Part shown: piece by piece, positions 1-8,454 of the stretch | How positions within the stretch are numbered: the stretch's first letter is position 1 | Layout of the letters: each line of letters begins with the position of its first letter | Source of the DNA: Minisyncoccota bacterium | GTDB taxonomy: Bacteria > Patescibacteriota > Microgenomatia > UBA1400 > UBA12028 | Direction: 5' to 3' | NCBI GenBank assembly: GCA_003487265.1 | Contig: DNEP01000013.1 | Location: 24,618-88,617, forward strand | DNA length: 64,000 nt | Translations under genes and position numbers: made by a program | The notes under the pieces: model-generated | Databases searched by the model: none | Told to the model about the DNA's origin: nothing | What the model saw: the letters and a program-made list of their open reading frames with translations, nothing else

Positions 1-1
1 T

Positions 2-454
2 CTTTTCTAAAATTTCTGTATACAAAGCTAATTGAACTGCGTAATGTCTCTTCAGTTTGGGACCATTTTCATCACCATTTTCTTCTGTTCCTTCAAACCC
101 TCTACCACTTTTTACATCTACAGCGATATAGGTGCCATCATCCAAACGGCGTAAAAAATCAGGAATTCCCAATAAATTCTCATGTTGAATGACAGGCTGA
201 TACAAAAGTTGGGCACCATCTTCCAATGCCTCTTTAGTATTAATGATTCGTTCTTGTTGATCTCCAATACTCAAATCAACAAAATCACCCAACCTGCTAA
301 CTGCTTTCTGTTCATGTTGGACACCCTTGTCCCAGAGTAATTGAACAAAAGGATTAGTCTCCTTAATTTTCTCTACCTGAGGACCATAAGCGTCCCGCCA
401 CACTCGATGAGGGCATTGAAGATAGTTATAAAGTTTTGATGCTGTGAGTTGCAT
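2..454 (-). CDS. TM0106-family RecB-like PD-(D/E)xK nuclease, 5' part only (runs off the window edge)
   Basis: Not in the ORF track. Hand translation from ATG 454 gives MQLTASKLYNYLQCPHRVWRD...KGVQHE...GIPDFLRR...AVDVKSG...QLALY, which carries RecB/Cas4-type motifs. It starts 3 nt after the SNF2 stop. Confidence 0.8.
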   Translation of the reverse strand, partial: MQLTASKLYNYLQCPHRVWRDAYGPQVEKIKETNPFVQLLWDKGVQHEQKAVSRLGDFVDLSIGDQQERIINTKEALEDGAQLLYQPVIQHENLLGIPDFLRRLDDGTYIAVDVKSGRGFEGTEENGDENGPKLKRHYAVQLALYTEILEK

Positions 455-457
455 ATT

Positions 458-3400
458 TTAACTTTGTGAATTCTCCACTAACCAGTTTCCTTTTTCGCGT
501 CTACCTAGAGATATTTTTCCAATGACTTCCTCATCCTTTATTAGAAAAATAAACCCTGCATAGCGAATTTTCAAGCCTAACCACATCTTCACCTCCATAC
601 ATACCGCCAACTTCTGTTTATCTGGAGATAGGAACGCAGAATCCACCCTGCTGCCTTTCATCTTTAGGATTGTTGAAGATTTTTCTGCGACTACTGCCCA
701 AATCTCCTCCTTGTCAATCGTCCTTCTAATACTCCCTAAAAGGTCAACAAGCGGCTCTAATTGGCTTGGTTTTTTTCTAGTCACATACTCTATGTAAATA
801 GGAAGGCCTGTTAGGTTGCAAACTTTAAGATCATCTGGATGGCATTCCCGATCACTCCAAGAGCACTTTTTAGCTTCTACAGGAGAACAGAAATTACCAT
901 TAACTGATCTAACTGCTTCCTTTTCAAGCAATCGAGCATCAGAAATACTGCTTGATACAAAGTATTTTTTAAGTGCCTTTTTACCTGAAAAGGCTGACTT
1001 CTCCAGCTTTGCTGGCAAAACCCTTTTGTTAGACACCTCACAAGTTTCAAGCAAACCTGGAACAACAATCTTCTTAGTTAACTCACAGGTTTCAGACTCT
1101 GTTGATAACAACGGTTGCCCTGTTTCGGAACAGAAAATAAATTCTTTTTTGTGACCAGTCTTTTTGGAAACCACTGATTGTAATTGTTCATCCTTTCTAT
1201 ATTTCTTTCCTGATATTTGACTAACTTCTAATTCGTCTTCGAGAACTTCTGAATCAGTAAACTCACACCTGCCAAAAAAATTAGGTTCTGCCTGTTTACC
1301 ACTTAATGCAGAAGTTTTAAGTAGCGATTTAGAAACAAGTTCACCAGTAATTGATGACTTTTCAACCTCGTCACTAAGAATCTTTCTCCCAGAAAGAGAA
1401 CAAGTCACGATGTACTGAGGTAGAGCTTTTCTCCCACTCTCCTCAGAACTTACAAGTAGATGACGCAATACTCTGTGTCCACTAATATCACAGATAGCTA
1501 AACAATCATAAGGAACCGTCTTCCCAGTTGATTCACATTTGAATAAATCGGGTGCTTCGATTACCTCTTTTTTAGAAGGTACAATCTGAATTGTACTTTT
1601 GTACTCAAAAGTGGAGTCAATATTGTATGAAACATCCATTTGTATTTGGCGATTCATTGCGCCTGCAAGTCCTACCAAGCTCATTTCAACTCTTGGCGTA
1701 AACTCATCTTCAAGTTTTTTCTTTTTTCGCAAATCACTGCCTGCGGCTGCCACTTCCTGAACCATTCTCTCGTTATAAAAACGACAGAATTCATCTATTC
1801 CCTCATCAAGCATTGCCTTTTCAGCCAACAAGTCTGGGACTACTCCGGTCTCTAACGGTCCATCAATAAGCTCTCCCAATGATTTGAGACTCTTTGGTTT
1901 AATTTCTACTCTATGGTCTTGATCTAAGCATTCAACTTTAACCAAACGTTCATAACTATCATGGGCTACGGTTGAGCGAACTCTCACAAGTGCCATACCT
2001 GAAAAACAATTCCAGACTTTTGTCGTCTCTTTCTTTTTGAAGTCACCACCAAATTTGCTGATCCAGTTCTGAACGGCTTGATGTGTGTCTGATTCAAGAT
2101 CCAAATCTAGATCCTTTACATCATGAAGTCTATTACTGATTACTTTGCTCACTAAACGCTCAAAAGCAGTTGTTCCCTGTGCGTAAAGAACGCCATCTAT
2201 TCGACCATTACTTTTCTCTTCAAAATAAATTGACTCTTTCTCATCGTCAAGTTCACAAAGATATACTCCTTCAGGCTGAGGAGTAAGTTTGGAACCAAAG
2301 TTTTTTTTAGCTGTCAAAACAAAACTGCATATATCCATCGAGCGATCTAGTTTCGGCAAACTCGGACATCTAGGTCCAAATTCGGAAGGATCTCCCATAG
2401 AGCCAAGCATAGAACTTATGTTTATCTGTTCTTCTTCCAATTTAAGTTTGGCTTTCGATATGCTTTCACTTGCTGTTTTTGTTGCCGTCTCAACATCTTT
2501 TCCTGCTAACGAATCAACTACTAACCTCCTCACCATTTCCTCAAAGTCAACTGATCCATTTTCATCCTCATCCAAACCGGACGCCTCAAGCATTGCTTCA
2601 ACATCACCAATTGCCTGTGATGCCATTTGGAGCTTTTCCATAAGCCTAGCAACGATGTATTCCTCAAATGTATTTGACAAGATAATATTGAAAATACTTA
2701 CCTTTGCATGCTCGGAGGCCAACCTCTGAATCCGACCTACCCTTTGTTCAACAATCATTGGATTCCAAGGCAAATCGTAGTTAACTAGCACATTAGCTGC
2801 TTGAAGATTTATACCTTCAGCTCCAGCTTCTGTAGAGACAATTACATGAATGTCCGGAGGTTTTTGTTTGAACTGAGCTATAGTTTCTTGATTTCTTAGC
2901 CCAGAATCACCATTAATTAACCCACAAGTAATGTTCCGTTTCCCCAAAAATTCCTCAATTGTGGTTTGAGTTTCGCGACGGCCAGTAAAAATAACTAATC
3001 TCCAGTCATCAGGTCTTTCAGCTTCAAGTTTATAGATAAGAGTACTAAGACCTTTTAGTTTTGCCGAGTCGCTCATGTTATCAACAACAGCACTAACGTC
3101 CAATGATAATGACTCTGGTATTGTTTTATTACGAGCCATATTTTTTAATTGAGCTGACAAAGCATGAGGACTACTTGTGAGTGCTTGGAGGATTGAGATT
3201 TGTGCTAGACGATTCAGCTTTTGAATTGGCTCAGCAATGATGTCAATTAACTTCAATTCGTCAGGGGTCGGTGTCACCTTGTGAAGCTGTACAGTTCTCT
3301 CAGGAAAATAAAGATTTGCGTCTGCCCGTCTTACCCGCGACATATAACCATAAACAATTGATCGAAACTCATCTTTCATTGATGGCACTAATTGGCGGGC

Positions 3401-4168
3401 TTTTGTCTTGGCATCCGCAATGAATCTGCGGGCAAAAATCCCCGGATTCCCGAAGGGATTTTCGTGCCCTCTTGCAGTAGTCAGTAAGTCAACTAGGGAA
3501 TAAATATCCCACAGCCTATTTTGAATCGGCGTAGCGGTAAGCATGAGGACATATTTAAATAATCGATCCTCTAATGCCTGCTTAAAACGAACCGCCCTTT
3601 TAGGGGGAGGGTCAACACCATACAAATTCCGTAGCTTATGAGCCTCATCTAAAATCAACATTTCGTAACCAACGTCAGAAATTTTTTCGAGATGTAGACG
3701 GGCAGAATCATAAGTGGTTATAACTGCTCCCAATTCTCTTGGTGGAGTAGCTTTGATTAAGTCTCTGCCAGTAGCAATAACGGAAGATATACCAAACTTA
3801 GTTTCCAACTCTTCCATCCATTGAAACATTAATAATTTAGGACAAACAATTAGTATTTTTGTTACTCTGCCACGAGCCATTAATTCACTTATCACCAATC
3901 CAGCACTAATTGTTTTACCTAAACCAACATCATCAGCTAATAAAGTAACGGGCAATCTGCGACAAAATGTAATCAGGTTCGTGACTTGGTGATAATATGG
4001 CTCCAATAACTCACTCCATTTCTTTTCGGAGCGCATATCATCACGGTCTTCAATAACAATTGGCTCTATAAGATCCCACTCAATCCCAGCCACGTACAAA
4101 TTAAATTCATCGCTGTTTTTTGCTCTTTGGAGTAATTTTGTCTGGAGTGGTGGTGAAGAGTTGCTCAT
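458..4168 (-). CDS. SNF2/RapA-YqhH-like SF2 helicase with a C-terminal 15-aa Cys/Ser repeat region
   Basis: Motifs LADDVGLGKT, LDEAH, LTATP, STEAGAEGINLQ, NYDLPWNP and QRVGRIQR; 1236 aa. Confidence 0.9.
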   Translation of the reverse strand: MSNSSPPLQTKLLQRAKNSDEFNLYVAGIEWDLIEPIVIEDRDDMRSEKKWSELLEPYYHQVTNLITFCRRLPVTLLADDVGLGKTISAGLVISELMARGRVTKILIVCPKLLMFQWMEELETKFGISSVIATGRDLIKATPPRELGAVITTYDSARLHLEKISDVGYEMLILDEAHKLRNLYGVDPPPKRAVRFKQALEDRLFKYVLMLTATPIQNRLWDIYSLVDLLTTARGHENPFGNPGIFARRFIADAKTKARQLVPSMKDEFRSIVYGYMSRVRRADANLYFPERTVQLHKVTPTPDELKLIDIIAEPIQKLNRLAQISILQALTSSPHALSAQLKNMARNKTIPESLSLDVSAVVDNMSDSAKLKGLSTLIYKLEAERPDDWRLVIFTGRRETQTTIEEFLGKRNITCGLINGDSGLRNQETIAQFKQKPPDIHVIVSTEAGAEGINLQAANVLVNYDLPWNPMIVEQRVGRIQRLASEHAKVSIFNIILSNTFEEYIVARLMEKLQMASQAIGDVEAMLEASGLDEDENGSVDFEEMVRRLVVDSLAGKDVETATKTASESISKAKLKLEEEQINISSMLGSMGDPSEFGPRCPSLPKLDRSMDICSFVLTAKKNFGSKLTPQPEGVYLCELDDEKESIYFEEKSNGRIDGVLYAQGTTAFERLVSKVISNRLHDVKDLDLDLESDTHQAVQNWISKFGGDFKKKETTKVWNCFSGMALVRVRSTVAHDSYERLVKVECLDQDHRVEIKPKSLKSLGELIDGPLETGVVPDLLAEKAMLDEGIDEFCRFYNERMVQEVAAAGSDLRKKKKLEDEFTPRVEMSLVGLAGAMNRQIQMDVSYNIDSTFEYKSTIQIVPSKKEVIEAPDLFKCESTGKTVPYDCLAICDISGHRVLRHLLVSSEESGRKALPQYIVTCSLSGRKILSDEVEKSSITGELVSKSLLKTSALSGKQAEPNFFGRCEFTDSEVLEDELEVSQISGKKYRKDEQLQSVVSKKTGHKKEFIFCSETGQPLLSTESETCELTKKIVVPGLLETCEVSNKRVLPAKLEKSAFSGKKALKKYFVSSSISDARLLEKEAVRSVNGNFCSPVEAKKCSWSDRECHPDDLKVCNLTGLPIYIEYVTRKKPSQLEPLVDLLGSIRRTIDKEEIWAVVAEKSSTILKMKGSRVDSAFLSPDKQKLAVCMEVKMWLGLKIRYAGFIFLIKDEEVIGKISLGRREKGNWLVENSQS
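780..1537 (-). repeat. About 17 tandem 15-aa [C/S]xx[S/T]G-type protein repeats in the SNF2 C-terminus
   Basis: CESTGKTVPYDCLAI / CDISGHRVLRHLLVS / SEESGRKALPQYIVT / CSLSGRKILSDEVEK / SSITGELVSKSLLKT ... / CNLTGLPIYIEYVTR. Confidence 0.85.
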
Positions 4169-4226
4169 AATTTACATTTTGGTCGCATTGTTTCTTTCAT
4201 TAATTTAATCTTTTGTTTGTCTTCAT

Positions 4227-5732
4227 TTAAGCTTTACTGTTACTAGAAAGCTCTTCAAATTTTGCAGCCATAGTAGGATTGTTTTTGATTAGCCGTTTTA
4301 CCGACACGTTCTCTACCTTGTTACCGGCAGTAAGCAGATGCTTGTTAGACAGGCGTAAAGCCTCCTTAATGCCCTCCAACTTTTTGATGGTCAGATCAAT
4401 ACCATCCATAGCATCTCGAAACTTGTTACTAGAATCCTTGACGTTCCTCATGAAGCCATCTTGAAAGAGTTGTAAATCATTCTCGAAGTTGGTGACATCT
4501 ATGTCCTTATCACGAACAAGTGCTAACTCAGCCTTATATTTCAACGAGTCTAAAGCACCATTGCGCAACAGGGTTATGATTGGAATGAAAAATTGTGGAC
4601 GAACAACATACATTTTGTCGTATGCATAGGATACATCGGTAATGCCGGCATAGAGTTCGTTGTCTGCCTCAAGTACGCTTACCAAAACTGCATGCTGACA
4701 TTTCTTTTCAATACGATCTCTATCAAGCTTCTTGAAGTAGTCTTCGTTTTTCTTCTTTGCGGCGGTATCGTCAGATTCGTTCTTCATGTCAAACATGATC
4801 GATAAGATTTCGTTGCCTGCCTCATCAATTTCACGATAGATATAATCACCCTTACCGCCGGCACTAGCATCATTGTCTTTTTCAAAGTGCACATTCCTAA
4901 AAGCACCAGCGGATTGCCACTGCCTAAATGCAATCTTGCAGTGCTCCTCAAGGCTTCTACCCAGTAGTTTAACTGACTGCTTGGACTTGAAGTCCTTATA
5001 CTGGGCAATCTGCTCATCTTTGAGCTTTAGTTCAACCTCATGCCTTTCTTTGAGTGAAGACTCTAACGCCTTCTGTTCATGGTCTTTAATTTCCAGCTTA
5101 CTAGCCAGCTCATCGCGTTCTTTTTCGACTACATTAACAGCCTTAGTCACAGCCAACTCTTTTTCTGTTACAGATGACTCAAGCTTTGCACTAAGTTCAT
5201 CTCGTTCTTTTTCTACTTTTGATACAGCTTCAGTAACAGCTAACTTCTTATCAGTGTCCGCAGCTTCCAGCTTGGCTTGGAGTTTAGCAATCTGAGCATT
5301 CTTTTCAACCTCGGCGGACTCAAGTTTTGCCTGTACCCCAGCCATCTCGGTTTCTTTTTCAGCTAGGGTTTTGGCAAGCAAAGCGTCTATTTCCGCCTTC
5401 AATTCGGCTATTTCTGCATCTCTTTTTACAATGTCTACTTGTAACTCACTTTTTATATTTGCCTCAGCAAGTTTAACAGCACTTTCTTTTTCTGCTTTGA
5501 GCGTAGCCAGTTCCTTGTCCTTTTTGACAATGTCTGCCTGCATTAACTTTTCAACATCGACCCTAGCGAGTTTAATCGCATTCTTTTTTTCTTTTTCAGC
5601 CAGTTCTAGTCGTTCGTGGAGTTCTTTATCAAACACATGATCACGGACTTGCTTGAGGATATCGGCAAATCCGGCCTCATCAGCCTTAAAAACCTTTTTG
5701 CATTGTGGGCATATAATATCGTTCATAGTCAT
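4227..5732 (-). CDS. DUF2130-family coiled-coil protein with an N-terminal CxxC and a C-terminal putative nuclease-like domain
   Basis: ICPQCKKVF..DEAGFADILKQVRD start, long coiled coil, then FEKDND..GKGDYIYR..SIMFDMKNE..KMYVVRPQFFIPIITLLRN. Confidence 0.85.
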   Translation of the reverse strand: MTMNDIICPQCKKVFKADEAGFADILKQVRDHVFDKELHERLELAEKEKKNAIKLARVDVEKLMQADIVKKDKELATLKAEKESAVKLAEANIKSELQVDIVKRDAEIAELKAEIDALLAKTLAEKETEMAGVQAKLESAEVEKNAQIAKLQAKLEAADTDKKLAVTEAVSKVEKERDELSAKLESSVTEKELAVTKAVNVVEKERDELASKLEIKDHEQKALESSLKERHEVELKLKDEQIAQYKDFKSKQSVKLLGRSLEEHCKIAFRQWQSAGAFRNVHFEKDNDASAGGKGDYIYREIDEAGNEILSIMFDMKNESDDTAAKKKNEDYFKKLDRDRIEKKCQHAVLVSVLEADNELYAGITDVSYAYDKMYVVRPQFFIPIITLLRNGALDSLKYKAELALVRDKDIDVTNFENDLQLFQDGFMRNVKDSSNKFRDAMDGIDLTIKKLEGIKEALRLSNKHLLTAGNKVENVSVKRLIKNNPTMAAKFEELSSNSKA

Positions 5733-5764
5733 TTATATTCTTATTTCCATCGAAATTGATGGAT

Positions 5765-6784
5765 TTACTTTTGTCTTTTCTTTTCTCCTTTGATCAACCG
5801 CTTCACCACTCGGTCAAAATCAGACTCAATTGGCTGGATCTTGTTAAACTCTCTATATTCAGCCAAGGCTTTCTTATCAGCATCATCCTTTGAAACTTTT
5901 CCTTTATCGTCCAAAATTCTGTACTCATTAAACGTCAGGAATTTATTAACACTTTCAGCGAACTCTTCCATGTTGAACGTCTGTCGATTTTCAATCAGAT
6001 TTTCGATGTAATCAAAAAACCCAGTGACAGTTCGTTCAAGTTTTTTAATCTGATCTTCTGGTAAATAATTCTTGGCTACCGTAACATCAGTAGATAAAAT
6101 TCTGCCTGCTGGTGCTTGTTTCCAAGTGGTCAAGCCCATATGGGGTTGGCGACGGTCTGCCCGCTCATCGATCAACTCAGCTGCAGTGTGACCAGTGATG
6201 GCGTAATGGAACTTGTTCTGAACAGTGGCAAAGAAATCTTTAGTCGTTTGGGAGTGAGGATCGTAGTCGATACTACATTCGGCAAAGATATCGGTAATTT
6301 GCTGATAAATACGGCGCTCGCTTGATCGAATCGAACGAACTCTTTCTAGCAACTCACGGAAATAATCCTGACCAAAAACTTTCTCTCCTTGCTTAAGGCG
6401 ATCGTCATTTAGAGCAAAACCCTTGATTATATACTCTCGAAGCACTTGGGTAGCCCAAATGCGGAACTGAGTTGCTCGTCCAGAGTTCACCCGATAACCA
6501 ACAGCAATAATGGCATCAAGGTTATAGAAATTGGTTAGATATTGTTTTCCATCTGTGGCAGTTATCCGGATTTTCCGGACAACTGAATTTTCCTCAAGTT
6601 CTTGCGTTTTGAAAATGTTTTGCAAATGTTCATTAACAGTACGAACATCTACATCAAACAGCTCTGCCATCATTTTCTGAGTCAACCACAATGTTTCGTC
6701 TTGAATAAAAACATCCAGCTTTATATCCCCATTGGGTGAGGTGTAAAGAATAAATGTTGATGTTTGCGTCAGTTCATTCGCCAT
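5765..6784 (-). CDS. RhuM-family (virulence RhuM) DNA-binding protein
   Basis: Motifs ETLWLTQKMMAELF, YNLDAIIAVGYRVNS.RATQFRIWAT, FFATVQNKFHYA and MGLTTW. The start is placed at ATG 6784, just after the upstream HTH stop. Confidence 0.9.
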   Translation of the reverse strand: MANELTQTSTFILYTSPNGDIKLDVFIQDETLWLTQKMMAELFDVDVRTVNEHLQNIFKTQELEENSVVRKIRITATDGKQYLTNFYNLDAIIAVGYRVNSGRATQFRIWATQVLREYIIKGFALNDDRLKQGEKVFGQDYFRELLERVRSIRSSERRIYQQITDIFAECSIDYDPHSQTTKDFFATVQNKFHYAITGHTAAELIDERADRRQPHMGLTTWKQAPAGRILSTDVTVAKNYLPEDQIKKLERTVTGFFDYIENLIENRQTFNMEEFAESVNKFLTFNEYRILDDKGKVSKDDADKKALAEYREFNKIQPIESDFDRVVKRLIKGEKKRQK

Positions 6785-6785
6785 A

Positions 6786-6953
6786 TTACTTCTTTTCAAT
6801 AAATCTCCTAATATCCTCAAGACGGTAACGTCTAATTTTTCTCTCACCGATACGTACCGCAACCAAAAGGCCTTTGCGATCCCAAAGACGAAGGGTGTTT
6901 GGGTGGACGCTCAGTATCTCTGCTGCTTCTCTGAGTTTTAACAGTTTTTCCAT
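6786..6953 (-). CDS. Small MerR/excisionase-type helix-turn-helix protein (55 aa)
   Basis: Below the track size cutoff. Hand translation: MEKLLKLREAAEILSVHPNTLRLWDRKGLLVAVRIGERKIRRYRLEDIRRFIEKK*. Confidence 0.85.
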   Translation of the reverse strand: MEKLLKLREAAEILSVHPNTLRLWDRKGLLVAVRIGERKIRRYRLEDIRRFIEKK

Positions 6954-7054
6954 ATGTACATCACTTACTAATGAATGACACTAGCATACAAAATCTTGTC
7001 CATTTTATCAATACGATTCCACACCGTTGTTTCTCCACCACCATCTTCCCCTCG

Positions 7055-7063
7055 TGTTATCAT
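7055..7063 (+). promoter_or_regulatory. Extended -10 element (TG-T-TATCAT) 6 nt before the ATG at 7070; probably leaderless
   Basis: Sequence match only. Confidence 0.45.
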
Positions 7064-7069
7064 ACAGAG

Positions 7070-7834
7070 ATGAAAACACAGGCAATCATCTTCGATTTAG
7101 ACGGTACCGCCGTCGATTCCCCTGTCCAAAAGCTCCCCACCCCCCGCCTCATTCAAGCAATTCAAAATCTTCAACAGCACTATTATTTGTGCGCGGCGAC
7201 TGGACGTTGCTGGACGTTTGCGAAACAGATTGTGCGCGCACTTCATCTAGAGGATCTTTGTATTATTTCCGCTGGCACGCAAATATGCGATCCAAAAACA
7301 GGAGCGATTCTTTGGCAAAAAAATATTCCCGCGAACGCACTTAAAGAGGTAATTGCGGTTTTTTCTGAAAACGAATCTCAAAAAATCATTTTTAATGATT
7401 ACACTGAGGATGACTATTTTTATGGTGGCGTTTTGCCAAAAGAATTTTCATTTTCACAAGAGGTCAACTGGATGTCGCAGAGTTTTGTTCCCGACGAGTT
7501 GGCAATTCAGCTTCATCAGAAACTCTCACAGATTTTGGGAATCACCTGCGTCATGGTTGTATCTCAAAAACCAGGCTGTCGAGATCTGCACATCGTGAAT
7601 GACCGCGCCACAAAAGAACACGCGATTGCCGAACTCCTCCAACGACTTGGTGTTCATAAGAAAGACACCATTGGCATTGGCGATGGTCACAACGACCTTC
7701 ATCTTTTTCAAGCGGTTGAGAGAAAAGTCGCGATGGGGAATGCGGTGACGATCTTGAAGCAAAACGCGGATCTCATCATTGATTCTGTACAAAACGACGG
7801 TCTCGCGCAGTATTTTGAGTCGTTATATGAATAA
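7070..7834 (+). CDS. Cof-type HAD-IIB hydrolase
   Basis: Motifs IIFDLDGT, ATGR, ATK, IGDGHNDL and VAMGNA. Confidence 0.9.
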   Translation: MKTQAIIFDLDGTAVDSPVQKLPTPRLIQAIQNLQQHYYLCAATGRCWTFAKQIVRALHLEDLCIISAGTQICDPKTGAILWQKNIPANALKEVIAVFSENESQKIIFNDYTEDDYFYGGVLPKEFSFSQEVNWMSQSFVPDELAIQLHQKLSQILGITCVMVVSQKPGCRDLHIVNDRATKEHAIAELLQRLGVHKKDTIGIGDGHNDLHLFQAVERKVAMGNAVTILKQNADLIIDSVQNDGLAQYFESLYE

Positions 7835-8444
7835 AGCACTTTTCCAGAAATATTTGATTGTTTTGATTATTTTGATCGTGACGCTCACAAATTACCAACT
7901 CGCAAAACACACACAACAGTTTATCCTTCGCGCATTCCCATCATTTTCGTATATGTGGAGTCTTTCACTCCCTTGGATCGCAATAGGAATTATTCCGTTT
8001 TTATGGATATCAAGAAAAGGTTTCTCTTTAGATTGTAGGTATATTCAAAAAAATATTCGTTCATTACTTTTTTATTCTCTTTTGTTAGGACTTGGCTTAG
8101 GATTATTTATTGCCCTACGTTTTTCTTCCTCATTTCACGCTGTAAAGTATCCCTTTATTTTTTCCGTGATTACTCCCATTGTTGAAGAACTTATTTTCCG
8201 AGGATGGATCTATTCGGTAGTCGAAAAACACATGAAGATTCACCCCGTATTGGGGTCTGCGGTTCTTTTTGGTCTCCATCATCTTCAATATTTTGCGTAT
8301 CGGTTTACTCCATTTGCAATTTTTCAGATTGTATATACATTTTTTCTTGGGCTTATTCTTGGAAAAATGCGACAAAAAAGCGGAAGCATCTATTTCTCAA
8401 CTTTTTCTCATATGATTATTAATGGAGCGAGTTATATCTGGTGA
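7827..8444 (+). CDS. CPBP (CAAX/Abi) intramembrane metalloprotease
   Basis: Motifs EELIFRG, LFGLHH and HMIIN; several transmembrane segments. Confidence 0.88.
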   Translation: MNKALFQKYLIVLIILIVTLTNYQLAKHTQQFILRAFPSFSYMWSLSLPWIAIGIIPFLWISRKGFSLDCRYIQKNIRSLLFYSLLLGLGLGLFIALRFSSSFHAVKYPFIFSVITPIVEELIFRGWIYSVVEKHMKIHPVLGSAVLFGLHHLQYFAYRFTPFAIFQIVYTFFLGLILGKMRQKSGSIYFSTFSHMIINGASYIW

Positions 8445-8454
8445 GATGTACAAT

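Noticed and set aside
6785-6862. Track's N-terminal extension of RhuM from TTG 6862
   Set aside because: It overlaps the convincing HTH ORF in another frame; ATG 6784 fits the family start.
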